Positions 12,765 through 25,943 of a DNA stretch of 64,000 nucleotides are shown here, one piece after another; positions within the stretch are counted from its first letter, which is position 1, and each line of letters starts with the position of its first letter. Where the stretch lies: contig NC_043005.1 in the NCBI RefSeq assembly GCF_006345805.1, forward strand, positions 72,354,001 through 72,418,000. Direction: 5' to 3'. The stretch is from Octopus sinensis. Taxonomy: Eukaryota. The notes beneath the pieces were generated by a model that was given only the letters and a program-made list of their open reading frames with translations, was not told the origin of the DNA and ran no database searches. Position numbers and translations under genes: made by a program.

Positions 12765-12998
12765 CACCATGTACAAACCCTATAGCCATTCACTATGTAT
12801 ATAAAAAAAGATCTTAATGTCTTTCCATAATTGAATATTATCAAGAAATATATAAAAAAACGAAAAAAAAAAATTTTGTGTATTGTAGAATTATAACTAA
12901 TTTATTGCAGATAAAGTTTGACAACAAAATCTTCTATGAACCCCCAATGGCCATATGGACATCTGATGTCCATATGGGCCCCCTGTTGAGAACCACTG
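12765..12998. mobile_element. hAT-like MITE right part; a related copy lies at ~13310-13530
   Basis: Ends GTTGAGAACCACTG (reverse complement CAGTGGTTCTCAAC, a hAT/Charlie-type TIR); ~70 bp shared with 13447-13520. Confidence 0.5.
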
Positions 12999-13057
12999 AT
13001 CTAATTAAGATAATGTCCATTGTTGTGGAAAGTGGTGAGTGGGAATGGGGACTTAAT

Positions 13058-13293
13058 GGCATTGGCAAGCTGGCAGAATTGTCAGCACGCTGGGTGTAAT
13101 GCTTAGCGATATTTCGTCTGCTGCTACGTTCTAAGTTCAAATTCCGCGGAGGTCGACTTTGCCTTTCATCCTTTCGGGGTCGATTAAATAAGTACCATTT
13201 ACTCACTGGGGTTGATATAATTGACTTAATCTGTTTGTCTGTCTTTGTTTGTTCTCTCTGTGTTTAGCCCCTTGTGGGAAGTAGAGAAATAGG
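13058..13293 (+). mobile_element. tRNA-derived SINE, family 2 (central GGTCGACTTTGCCTTTCATCCTTTCGGGGTCGAT domain)
   Basis: A-box-like GCTGGCAGAATTGTCAGC and B-box-like AGTTCAAATTCC; the same element occurs inverted at 47341-47570, with degenerate copies at 19.6-20.3 kb and 23.3-24.8 kb. Confidence 0.8.
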
Positions 13294-14384
13294 TATTGCT
13301 CCGAGTTTCTCATTTTGGGTGGGTGGGGGGCATGGACCCCTTTGAACCTATTTTACTCTACTGGACCCCCATAGCCATTTGGTATTTTAAAAAAACTGTA
13401 TATCTTTATAATTAAATATTATTAGGAATTGCATAAAAAATTTTTTAATATTTTGTGTATTATAGAAATATAACTAATTCATTGCAGATAAATTTTAACT
13501 ACAAAATCTTATATGGACCCCAATCACTGACTCAGATGGTTAAATAGATTGGGCAACTGACATCCATTTGAGAAATAGGAGGTTTGCATTCTGTCTGCAG
13601 CATGATATTTTGTCTGTGGCGGTGGCACATAAACCTCAAAATAGTTCAGTCCATTTTAATAAAAAAAATTTGTTCCAGATTTATACTTTACAGGTTTATG
13701 TATCGAATTGTTCAGTTGAAATAAGATCTCTGATGTTACTGTTGAAAATCTACGTCACTGTACAGAGATGGTTCTCTTCGACTGGAGATCAATTTTTTCT
13801 GACAGGAAACCACGTAAATACATTTGTTGCAGATGTTTGGCAGTAACAACTGATGTCTCATTTCATTTGACAAAGTAGTGAATTATAAATTCAGTCCACA
13901 ATAAACAAAACCAAAAGTACATGTTAACATATTACAATGATTTTATTTACATTATCTACTGGTTGATACATCAGTAAAGTTATGACAAGTTATAATATTA
14001 CTATAATAAGTAGTGCATATAAAATGAGGCTTTCGTTTAGACATCAAGGCAACAATACACACAGAAAACATGAGTGTTACAAAAACAAATTCGAAGAAGT
14101 GAACATAAACACAGCATTCCACTAGCTTGTTGCTGAGTTATATATGAATATATATTTGTGTGCAAATGTATTCAAATATCATCATCATTATTTTAGCATC
14201 TGCATTTTCATACTTGCATAGGTGAGTTAGAATTTGCCGAGGTAGAATTTCTAAGGCAAGAGGCCCTTCCTGTTACCAAATGCCCTTCTTGATGTCATTC
14301 TGGTAAAAAGAAAAAAAAGAAAAATGTTAGCTATGAAAATGCTTGATATCTGATTTTTTGGTAAAAGTTGGTCCGGTAAATGTA

Positions 14385-14609
14385 TTGGGTTGTCCGGAAA
14401 GTTCATGCCGATTTATAGTAGCTTACCTTTCAACTTACCCTCTCAGGCACCTCAATTCTGGGAAATGGGTATTTTCAAGTTAAAAGAAAGATGGAGACGC
14501 ATTGTGCAACAAAATGGTTCATATTTGGTTGATTAAAATTGAAATGGCAAGTATTTATTGACTTATTTCTTTCTTTTAAAAATCGGCACAAACTTTCCGG
14601 ACAACCCAA
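14385..14609 (+). mobile_element. Internally deleted mariner element (MITE-like, 225 bp)
   Basis: 30-bp TIRs TTGGGTTGTCCGGAAAGTT(CA/TG)TGCCGATTT with TA on both sides; 14456-14536 encodes FWEMGIFKLKERWRRIVQQNGSYLVD*, the typical mariner transposase C-terminus. Confidence 0.9.
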
Positions 14610-15800
14610 TATGACAGTTCTTGTATGAGCTCAGGTGCAGCTCTGCTTGTTGGAGTTATGATTGCTGAGCTGTTTGCTGTTCTATTTCATATTTAAAACT
14701 TATCTGCTGTTACCAATAGTCAGTTTTTTTGTCTATTACTGTATTTTGATGACACTTCATAGTTGGTCTATTGTCTGTAGCTGTTGTTTGCCATGATTAC
14801 CACTGTAATGATAACTGCCAGAAGCATTGTGATTACTGATACTTTCACTACAGCCTGGCACTACTTTTCAGGATTGTATCAAATGGGCTACTATGAACAT
14901 GCATTTTCACTGGCAGAGAAATCGTGTAGCAGGAATGTTTTGCAGTCAGATCACTATATCCAATGTCTTGATTCGCTATAATATTACCTCCTACAAAAGA
15001 AAAAAAAAAAAATCTGACCAATCACGATGTCATATGGAATTGGCTCCAGAAACAATTTCATCTTTTGTGACCTTTGTCTGTATCAAATCACCACTATATA
15101 TTCAGTGCAGCTAACCCCCACTGACAACAGACAGTGGACCTCAGCTGACCCAAGTGTTGGAACAGCACAAAAGCAACGAACAGATAGTGAACAAGAGACG
15201 TCTGAAGACAGAAGCACAAATGGACAAGCAGTGACAGCTAACCACAATGACCAGTTAACATTTTGACTGCTGTTACAATCACACCAATCCTCAAGCAATA
15301 ATCTTCAAACTTTCTTGATATTTTGTTGTTTGGAATGACATTTCTTTGTTTACGAAAGGAACAAATATTTCATTTTCTCCAACAGATTTCAGTGTCCTTC
15401 TTCATAACAAGCCTAATTGCCTTTGGACCTGGCTACCTGTCTGATGACTAACTCCCAAATAATTTCAGCTGGTTAGCTCCTCTACAATACTTTCCTATAT
15501 CAGCTCTCCTTGCTCCACTCACATAACTCCTTTTAACAATGGTGTTCATTAATGTGTCATAGCTGTGAGTCTACTTCTTGGTTAGAAAAAGTAACTATGT
15601 AGATGTATTTACTTGTCTCGATGAAGTAGGCGAGGTATCTGATTCATCTGAAAGGTGATGACATAGGTACATCTGTTGTTGCTAGTGAATACAGGGATGT
15701 GAAATGTTTTGGTGCAGCCATTTTGGCACCACTTATTTGGCATTGCTGAGTCAATGCTGACTTGCTTGACATCAGACATTTTAATGTTTCTCTCATTCCC

Positions 15801-15827
<27 letters not shown>

Positions 15828-15831
<4 letters not shown>

Positions 15832-15960
15832 GCTTGTTTATGTGTGTGAGCATATTTCTCTGTAAGTATGAGGAGAGGGTAAATGTTTATGTCAATCATA
15901 TAAAATTAATAAATTGTACTGACTCTTCTCCACCCTCTCTCTGTCTGTCTCTCTCTTTCG

Positions 15961-15992
<32 letters not shown>

Positions 15993-16129
15993 TTATGTGT
16001 GCAAACATATTTCTCTATAACTATGACAGAATAAGCGGTTATGTCAAATTTGTCCAATTAATAAATTATAATCTTTCTCTCCCTCTCTCTCACCCCACTC
16101 TCTCTCCCTCTCCTTCTCTTTCTTTCTCC

Positions 16130-16174
<45 letters not shown>

Positions 16175-16303
16175 GCTTGTTTATGTGTGTGAGCATATTT
16201 CTCTGTAAGTATGAGGAGAGGGTAAATGTTTATGTCAATCATATAAAATTAATAAATTGTACTGACTCTTCTCCACCCTCTCTCTGTCTGTCTCTCTCTT
16301 TCG

Positions 16304-16335
<32 letters not shown>

Positions 16336-16590
16336 TTATGTGTGCAAACATATTTCTCTATAACTATGACAGAATAAGCGGTTATGTCAAATTTGTCCAA
16401 TTAATAAATTATAATCTTTCTCCCCCTCTCTCACCCCACTCTCTCTCCCTCTCCTTCTCTTTCTTTCTCCCTCTCTCTTCTCTCTTTCTCTCCCTCTTAC
16501 TCTGCGTTTATGTGCATAAACATATTTCTCTTTATGTGGAGAGGGTAAGTTTTATGTCAATCATATTCAATTAATAACTTGTAATCTCTC
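15828..16590. repeat. 343-bp tandem duplication built from ~85-bp cores separated by (CT)n (A-B-A-B-A')
   Basis: CTCTGCTTGTTTATGTGTGTGAGCATATTTCTC at 15828 and 16171; identical ORFs end at 16034 and 16377. Confidence 0.9.
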
Positions 16591-18129
16591 TCTCTTCTCT
16601 CCCCCTCCCTTCCCTCTCTTCCTCTGCCTCCAGTGCCAAAAAGTATTATCACCAAAACAAGCTGAATGTCCAGTCAGCCATGCTAAGTCATCACTGTCCA
16701 AGCAGCTTTGCCAAACAGCTTCATTCTGTGAATCTAAGTTGTTGCATGGCTGATCAGATTGAAAGTCAACATAGGTACGTCTGTTGATGCCAGCCAGTCT
16801 GGTATTATATGGGCACTGACAAAATCACACTGTTAACTCACGGATCTACACTTGAACTAGAATACTGCAGATATAATGACATGAAGGATTTAGTACCTAT
16901 TTATTATATGAATATGATTTTGCTGCAATTTAATTTTGGAAACATGTATTCAAATTTCCATCACAGAAAGAAAATTAGTTGTTGAAAGTTTCAATTTTGC
17001 TTTGACATTTGCGAAAGGAATATCCATAGAATGGGTTTGAAATGAATTTTAAATAACTTCTGACTACAATTAAACTCTTATCTCAGAGAAGAAAAAAAGT
17101 TCTCAACAGGTAAAGTCCATTCAAAATAACATTATTTGAATGATGTAATATACTATATTACATAAACAAAATGTTTAAATGTATGCTACATTTGAGAGGT
17201 CTGAAGAGTATTGAAATGCTTAAAATCTTATCTCACTTTTGTAAAATACAGAATAAAATACAAAATATGTCAAATAACAGTAGCAGCAAACTGTTACTTC
17301 TAACTGTAATAATGGATTAAACCTGTCGGCTATGCATATGTCGCATCTTTAACAAATTGAATTCCATTTTAGCATGCCGTTAAGAGGAATTAAATATGAA
17401 TCTACTCAAATGGATATGTGTGTCTGTGTGCATGAGTTGGTATTGTGTGTATGTAGGGGGTGTTAGACTACAAAACCATTTATCTCAGAAAGCCATCTAA
17501 ATATTATTTTAAAAAATTCTTCCATCAGATAAAACTTTTAAGACTTTAAGTTTTGATAATGATTTTCATTTTCGAGGATATAAATTCCTCTGAATGAAAA
17601 GTAAATCTAATAATGACAAAATATGTATCGTTGATATTAAAACTTTAGTTGTCTCCTACTGCAACTGTATATTTCTGAATGTGAATGAACTTCAAATTGG
17701 AAAAGCTATTTTGTAAAAGGAAAATAAAATTAAAAAAACAAAACAAATAAAATAAAAGATACAAAAAAGAACCGATAGAACTTTTCATCATATCGAGTCA
17801 TAAATTTCCAATTTGAAATTTAATTCCATTTTATGCATTAAGATTTCTTTTTGTTGTTATTTTCAAAAGAAAAGAATATCGTCAGAAAACCATAATTCAT
17901 TTCATCTTCGTGTATATAATGAAATGATTGTTGATATTCAAAACATTCAAATATTGTGTCTTCTTTATTGAGTTTCATTTTGAACACAAGCAAAATTATT
18001 CATCCACACACACATTTCTATATACATTGACACATATGTAAGCCAATGAGGGTTTTCTATGTAGTTGCTTCACCTGCTCATGGTAGCAGTTGTATTTCCC
18101 TATACAGACTCCTTGCTATCACTTACGAT

Positions 18130-18610
18130 GACACCACAAATTTGGTTACAAGGCAGGCTGGTTGTTATTGATTTTTAGCCCCAAAACCAATCTATTCAAG
18201 CAAACTGGGATTCGATGAATGACATTCCATCCATAACCAACCTGTCTTTTATTCACTTATTGTGAATTCTAGAACTAAAATAAGAACTAAAATAAACCTT
18301 TTTATAACTATATGATGACAATGTATAATTTGAAAGAGATTGAGCTGCTATTTCCAGCACTTTGAATGACCTTAAAGAGAGAGACTCCTTCATTGGCCAA
18401 AAAGCAGGTTGGTCATAGCTTAGAACTGATAAACAATCAAATGTTGACACCACAAATTTGGTTACAAGGCAGGCTGATTGTTATTGATTTTCAACGCTAA
18501 AACCAGTTTATTCAAGCAAACTTGGATTTAATGAAAGACATTCCATCCATAGCCAACCTGTTTTTTATTCATTTATAGGGAATTCTAGAACTGAAATAGA
18601 CCTTTATGCA

Positions 18611-18646
<36 letters not shown>

Positions 18647-18783
18647 TATATGATGGTAATGTATGAGTTGAGAGAGATTCAACTGCTATTTCCAGCATAT
18701 TTAATAACCTTAAAGGGAGAGACTCCTTCATTGGCTGAAAGGCAGGTTGGTCATAGCTTAGAACTGATAAATAATCAAATGTT
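18130..18783. repeat. Diverged tandem duplication (~316/338 bp) containing a minus-strand retroposon fragment
   Basis: GACACCACAAATTTGGTTACAAGGCAGGCTG at 18130 and 18446; both units end TAGCTTAGAACTGATAAA.AATCAAATGTT; interior resembles the repeat at 54245-54430. Confidence 0.85.
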
Positions 18784-18850
18784 TTATTCCGTCTTTTGCA
18801 ATGCAAAAAGCAGTGTTGCTGATGAAACAATAGCATAGATTCGAATATTC

Positions 18851-19345
18851 ATGCACACACACTCAATTACACACACATACACATGTACATGCACACATGC
18901 ATGTGCAAACACACACAGGCATGCACACGCACATGCTCACACACACATACACTTACACACACTTACATGCACACACACACATACACACACTATGCATACG
19001 CTTATACATACATGCACACACACACATACACACACCTGCACACACACCTGCACACACAAACCCATGCACACTCACACATACATGCGCACATACTCACACA
19101 TATACACACACACACACACACTTACACACACACACTTACACATACATGCACTCACACACATGCACACACAAACCCATGCACACACAAACCCATGCACACT
19201 CACACATACATGCGCACATACTCACACATACACACACCTGCACACACACCTGCACACACAAACCCAGGCACACTCACACATACATGCGCACATACTCACA
19301 CATATATACACAGACACACACACACACACATACACACACACACCC
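18851..19345. repeat. CA-rich complex minisatellite
   Basis: Repeated CACACACCTGCACACAC/AAACCCATGCACACTCACACATACATGCGCACATACTC blocks. Confidence 0.9.
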
Positions 19346-21063
19346 CACCACCTGCCCTTCGCAACTAAAAGAGACACAGCAAACAAATTTCAAAGTTTTA
19401 TTCATTTCTTATAGCAGATAAACACGGCAATTTAACATAGCTGCAAGCAAGCTTGGTAACTCTTAACATATTCGTTTGAAAGATAACCCAATTAAACTGG
19501 CATATGTTTTCAAGCCTCTCTACGCCCCAGTTTTATTTGTAACATCATACCACAATCTCAAGACATATGCTTAGAAATTGTTGTCACCTTTAACTAGGCT
19601 CCAGGTAAAAATGCAAAAATTAAGCAGTAAAATGGTTTCATTGTGATTGATTAACAAAAGCAGTGGAGTGGCTGAATTGGTAGAAAGATAATGAAACAGA
19701 TTTGTAGTACTTGATAACATTACTTTTACATTCCAAGTTCAAATCCTGCTAAAGGTAATTTTGCTTTTCATCTTTTGGGGTTAAAAGGCACAGTAAAAAG
19801 GTTTCAGAATAATTGATTAAGAAAAGTAATTGTTTGGTAGAATTGGTTAGAAGTTGTGAAGCTACTCCGTGGTTCTTAGTTACATTGCTTTTCACATTCT
19901 GAGTTCAAATCTTGCCAAGGTTGATTTTGTTTTGCATCCTTCTAGGGTCAATAAATGAAAGTGCCAGTCAAGAATTGGGGTTGAGAATATCATTATCTAT
20001 ACTCTTTTCCCAAATGTATGGTCTTGTTATGGAATGCTAGAATAAATATTTCAGATATGGCAGAATTTGAACTCAGAATGTAGAGAACTGGAACAACTAC
20101 CACTAAGCACTTTGTCCAGCATGCTAATCATTTTGCCAGTTTACCAGCTTAGGCACAAGGTGTGCCAACAATTTGAGTCAGTTCTGCCAAGGTCGACTTT
20201 GCCTTTCCTCTTTTTGGAGTCGATAAATTAAGTACCAGTTGCATACTGAGGTTGACCTAATCGATTGGCCCCCTCCCCAAAACTTTTGGACCTTGTACCT
20301 AGAGTAGAAAAGAAAAGAACAATTTGAGCCGGTGGACAATCAGTTGATTATATCTCACTGGTACTTAACTAGTACTTTATTTTGTCAACAAGCCTTTACT
20401 ACCTCCTACTAATTTGGCAATGGTGTTGGCAGATGTTCTACTTTAGCAATATAACAGAGACTAGTGGTATTCCAGAGCAATGACTTTCTTGGGAAAACTT
20501 TCAGCATCAATATGGATGGATTAGTTGGTCTGTTTCAGAGGACTTTTGGACCAGGGATAACCTGGATACTATGGATAACTTCCAGAAATCTTTGGCCTGG
20601 TAGTGCTACCAAGATGTACTATCAGTTCACTATAAACTCAACAATCAACAGATATGCAAGAAGCACCAGATGGATCTACCTGAGATGCATAAAGTGATGA
20701 AACCATACTGCAAGTATATATGCAATGTATGCACCTTGCTGATCTGCAGAGTTATGCAAAACAGCTGTTATTATACATGGGGCAAAACTGAGCAATATCT
20801 GAATGCATCATTAAGATCATCTGTCTCCCATATTTAACAAGGCAGGGCAGATGGTGTTCTTCTTTCTGGTAGTTACAGTAAAGCAGGTTATTTGGTGGAC
20901 AAGACTGAAATAATCAAAAGCAGCCACTTACCTCTTTGGTTAAGCACTCATTAACTTTTTCAAATTTCACCTAAAAAGGAAAGTGACTTTGATGGAGGAA
21001 GTGCTCACCTTCAGAAAAATTTTCCAAAGGCAAAAATTACCAAGGTGAACGGAACTATATTAA

Positions 21064-21282
21064 CCCTTTCATTACCGTATTTATTTCGAGATGCTCTGTG
21101 TTTCTTTCAATTATTTTAAATATAACAGAATTTTGTAAAATAACTTAGTTATCATTAAGCTAGAGTTAAGAATACAAATTGTGACTAAAGTTTGGTGGAA
21201 GATTTTAATTCAGAACTCTTGAAAACAAAACATTTGTACTACAGAGCTAGAGCCGGTTTCAGCCGGGTTGGTAATGAAAGGG
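21064..21282 (+). mobile_element. piggyBac-like MITE, intact (219 bp)
   Basis: Perfect 13-bp TIR CCCTTTCATTACC / GGTAATGAAAGGG flanked by TTAA at 21060-21063 and 21283-21286. Confidence 0.92.
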
Positions 21283-21289
21283 TTAAGTA

Positions 21290-21850
21290 TGTACCTGTTA
21301 ATGTAAAACAATAATTGGGGTAAAAGCTTTTTCTTTTGATTGTCTGGGGTTATCCCACATCTGGAGGATTCTTTGATCGGACCTAGTTGTAGGCTTTCCT
21401 GTATCAGGAGGATCATCATCCGCAAGTTCACATATTTTGTATTAGGTATACTGTTCATCCCGTCTGCCCACACTTCATCTTTTTCTATGTAAATCTCGAC
21501 ACTAATTGTAAACTGCCCTTGTACCATCTCCTTCATCACACATGTAGTGACGCTATTCTTGGAAGTTTTCAGTGTGCTTTCACAGAGTTGGATTACTTCC
21601 AGTAAGCCGCTGGAGGTTCCCTCATGCACATGCGCAGAGAACTGCAGACTGAAAGCGTTCCCGCTAAATCTGTCTTTTTGAATCAGCAACCCTACCGAGT
21701 GGACGTGACCAGCCTTCTCTCAGGGAAAACCGTACATATAGAGAAGCTCTCTTCTAGGTGGGAATGGAGACGGTAATTTGGCTCACACAAGTCAACATTT
21801 GTGAACAGTCTTGTGGACTTGGCTACCGGTTCGCCCTTAAGGAAAATATA
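21290..21850 (-). pseudogene. Possible degenerate non-LTR retrotransposon ORF1 (L1/Tx1-like) fragment
   Basis: GC richer than flanks; long minus open frame (LYMYGFP*EKAGHVHSVGLLIQ...LLEVIQLCEST...VEIYIEKDEVWADGMNSIPN) loosely resembles the Tx1 ORF1 RRM region; family assignment is unverified. Confidence 0.3.
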
Positions 21851-23089
21851 TGTGTGTATATTTTTTATTTGCGAAACTTGGAAAAATAAAGTATTATTTA
21901 TTGCTATTGAAGACAGTCAGATTTTGGTTCTCCCTTTGACAATTGTATGTGACAAGATAAGACAGACACCCCTAAAGTGTTCCTGAGACCTTCATCTTGT
22001 TACACCCATCCCAATGACAAATAAAGGAAGCCATCATTATTAATATCATTATTGTTTGCACTGATAATGATTATTTCTTGTGTAATGATAACGCTAATAT
22101 AAAAACAATAATATAAATGAAGACTAATCAATAATTTGTGAAAAAGGAAAATGCAGGCATTTCTTTGTATATTTTAGCATCTACCTGGGATTTTCATGAC
22201 TCCATAAAAATTGACGAGAGTGAACAGATTTGATTGAACGATAATATCAGAGACCATGGGATAAAGAAGCACAAAAGGGAGAGAGATTGTGTAATTTTAA
22301 GAAGGGTTTGAGGAGAAACTGCAACTACAAAATGACAACACAAACATGCACAGGTATTCTGTGATTGTAAGAAAAATGAGAGAGGGAGGGAGGGAGGGAA
22401 AGAGAGAGAGAGAAAGAGGAGAGAGAGAAGGAACTATATGGGAAACATGCCCAAGAGAGTTGAGGATATGTTGAGAATAATAATGGAGAGAGATTAGGAG
22501 ATAAGTAAGGATAGAAAAGAGAAAGAAATAGATAATGGTCGAAAGAGAGATAACTGATAAAAACAAAGATGTCGTAGCAGTAATAGTTACTTTGCATTGT
22601 ATGTGTGTACGTGAGAAAACTATGCAGGTAGTATTGTTGCAACTGTGGAAGAAAACAATTGATGAGAAGTAGGTAGAATGACAGAGATTGTGATGGAGGT
22701 ATAAAGGGAATGATGAAAACAAGAAATAAGGATGAGAGTCAAACACTGTTATTGGGTGAACTGAAATTAGGGGCTAAAAAAGAAAATATAAGGTATATCT
22801 TTCAGGGTTTTTTCTTTCTTTTTTGTAGGGTTTTTGTCAAGGAAATAAATATTTTCGTACACAAATAATTAATGAGATAAAGTATGTGAAAAATCTGTTG
22901 TTTAGGTACAAGTAAATAGCAAGTTGGTTTTTGTGTAAATAAAAAAAAATAATTTCTTTAATTTATTGAAAATTTTCTGAAAGCCTTACGATCATGATGC
23001 TGACACCCTAACCACTAAGCCACGCACCTCCACTGTTGTTCTTATAGATGGGGGTAATAGTTATGGTAGCAGTGATGCTGGTTTTTTGT

Positions 23090-23156
23090 GTTGGGTGTAG
23101 TGATAGTGGTAGTCATGTTGGTAGTGACAATGGCAGAAATGGTTGTGGAGTAATGG

Positions 23157-23220
<64 letters not shown>

Positions 23221-23250
23221 GAAGAAGAAGAAGAAGAAGAACAATAATGA
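23090..23250. repeat. Compound trinucleotide tract (GGT)(AGT)(AAT)(AAG)n
   Basis: Direct reading. Confidence 0.9.
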
Positions 23251-25626
23251 TAATTGTTTTTGTAAGGCCTGAAATTCTATACGGGTAGAAATTTGGGGGA
23301 GGGATTAGTTGATTACATTGACCCCACTGTTCAACTGGTACTTATTTTATCATTCCCAAAAGTGCTTATTTATTGACCCCCAAAGTAAAATTTAAAATCA
23401 TAATGTAAAGACAGTGAAAATGCTGCTAGGCATTTTGCTCAGCATGCTAACAATAATGATAATAAAAGTTTCAACTTTTGGCACAATGCCAACAATGTTA
23501 GGGACAGCATGCATGTCAATTATACTGACCCCACAGTATTAGACGGGTACTTTCTTCCATCAACCCAAAAGGGCAAAAGTCAAAGTTGACCTCAGCAGTA
23601 GTAAAGAAGAAGGAAACAAAGGAGAAAATGAGCACATGAAGGAAAATCGATGTGGTGAAGTTGCTAGAAATAGCAGTGAAGTGTCCTTCAGATATTAGAT
23701 AGAAATAGAGTGAAGCCGCCTTCAAATCACACCCTATCATATAAAAGTGGATACACTATAAAGAAAAAAATGAAGAGGTGGTCATAGGTTTGATATCGAT
23801 ACAAAGTTTCATTTCATACCATTTTAATTTAGTGCCAACAGAATGAAGCCAGTATCATTATTCTTTTCCCTTACTTAAAGCTAGTATATCTCATACTTCT
23901 TGTGTTCTCAATTTACGATTCTTAACATGTACCTTACCATTTTAGAGTTTCTTCCATGTTGTCTCTGATTTTTTTCCTTTTTGTATTCTTAAATGCTCAA
24001 CTCTTCCACATTCTTCTTATTGATCTTTCATCTGATTATGATAACACGCATTCTATTGTAATTGTACCTGTTATCAATACGTTGTAATCTGTAGATTAGT
24101 GTTCTCAACTTATTACTTGAAACTTTCTTATCTTAGGCTAGTTTTCTCGTTTGTTTGTTTTACTATTTTCTCCTCGTTTTCCTTTTACAGTTCCAATCTA
24201 TTTCGTGTTTCTTATTGACTATACACCTGGTAATGATAGCACCTGCAGTATGGCAAAGTGTACCTCGAACTGATGTGTTATACTCTGCAAAAAATACACA
24301 AGATCTACTGATTTTACTCTTAAGCTTGATCAAAGGAATTAACCTTTAGCACACTTAGGCACATCATGTCCCTTTATGAGTTTTCTCCCCAGTAGATGCA
24401 GGTGCACATTGAACAGGAAAAAAACTTGTACAGTAATATAATATCCCTACAGCATGCTAAAAGTTAAAAGGTTTTTGATATAGGCATAAGGCCATCACTA
24501 TTTTTAAGAAATGGTGTTTAACTGATGCCACCATTTTGCAGTACAAGACTGGCATTTTATTTTATCAATCCCAGAAAGATGAATGGTAAAATTGATCTCA
24601 GTAGGTTTTGAACTCAGAACATTAAGAACCAGGACAAATATCTCAAAGACCTTTTAATAATGGTTTCAAATTTTGGCTCATGGACAGCAATTTTAGGGAA
24701 GGGAAATTTAATTACACCCACTTCAGGGCTCAACAGGTACTTGTTTATTACCCTCAAAAGGATGAATGACAAAGTTGACCTTTGCAGAATTTGAACTCCG
24801 AATATAGAGTTGATACAAATACCCTCTTTTACTCTTTTACTTGTTTCAGTCATGTGACTGTGGCCATGCTGGAGCACCACCTTCAGTCAAGCAAACTGAC
24901 CCCAGGACTTATCGGTCTCCTTTGCCAAACCATCCTGAAAGGAGGAAAAACAACATCAACATTGGTGGAATTTGAACTCTAAATTTGAAGGCAAATGAAA
25001 TGTTGCTAAGCATTTTGCCTGGCATGCTAACAATTCTGCTACTTCGCCATCTTTCATGGGAAAAATATTACCATGCTTGGAAACAGGTGAGGGTTAGCGA
25101 CAAGAAGGAGATCCAGCCACAGACGTCTACCACAATGAACCCAAGAAGCTCGAAAAAGAGAATGCTACATTTATGTTGATGCTAATTTGCTCATACAGTA
25201 CCATTGTACATATTACTATAATTTAAAGTGTTCATACAACAGGTTATAGATGTTGACTCGTAGTTGTAAGAGTTATATTATATTTATTAACTTTATATTG
25301 GCGAATAACTGTGTCATCTGTCGAAGAATTCCAGTCAGCCAGTTATTGGTTTGTAGCCATTTTGATGGTGGGAATGACAAGGGAATATCGGTAATCCAGT
25401 GCACAAAGTATATTAAAAAGACTTTCCTTGAAGAGCTCTTCTTTCAGTTTTATTACCATTCTTTACATCCTTCACAGCTGTGCATGGACAAAGCTGATAA
25501 CAATACATTCCTACAAACACAGAGACATACATGCGAACAATTGCATTTAAGCTAGCTACATGGAAATATAATAAATACATGTTTGCATGTGTGTACATAT
25601 GCACACACATGCTTATATGTATGTGC

Positions 25627-25683
<57 letters not shown>

Positions 25684-25784
25684 TAAAAACGGTAAGATAA
25701 CAAAAGAAAGAAAGAGACCTCGATATTATGTAAATAGAGGAATTTATCTGTAAATATAATATGTGACTATTATTCGGTAGCCAA

Positions 25785-25843
25785 GATAAAACTGAGTTTC
25801 GGATGCCGAGGTGGAAATCCACGCCACCATCTCTTCAGTTATC
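25785..25843 (-). ncRNA. Type I hammerhead ribozyme motif (left arm)
   Basis: Minus strand: GAUAA-CUGAAGA-GAUG...GUGG AUUU CCAC...CAUC-C-GAAA-CUCAG-UU-UUAUC; intact core boxes, stem I GAUAA/UUAUC. Confidence 0.75.
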
Positions 25844-25882
25844 CGGCGATCGTAAAAACGCTATGAAAAAATCCGATAGCTT

Positions 25883-25943
25883 GATAACTGAAGAGATGAT
25901 GACGTGGATTTCCACCTTGGCATCCGAAACTCAGAGTTTTATC
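25883..25943 (+). ncRNA. Type I hammerhead ribozyme motif (right arm, intact core)
   Basis: GAUAA-CUGAAGA(25888-94)-GAUG..CAUC-C-GAAA(25926-29)-CUC A GAG-UU-UUAUC; predicted cleavage after GUU at 25938; stem I extendable (UAGC/GCUA) across an internal loop. Confidence 0.8.

Noticed and set aside
22130-22990. Purine-rich block with an ATCAGAGAC motif similar to Penelope terminal regions
   Set aside because: Similarity is limited to 9 bp plus composition; no intact hammerhead or inverted partner.
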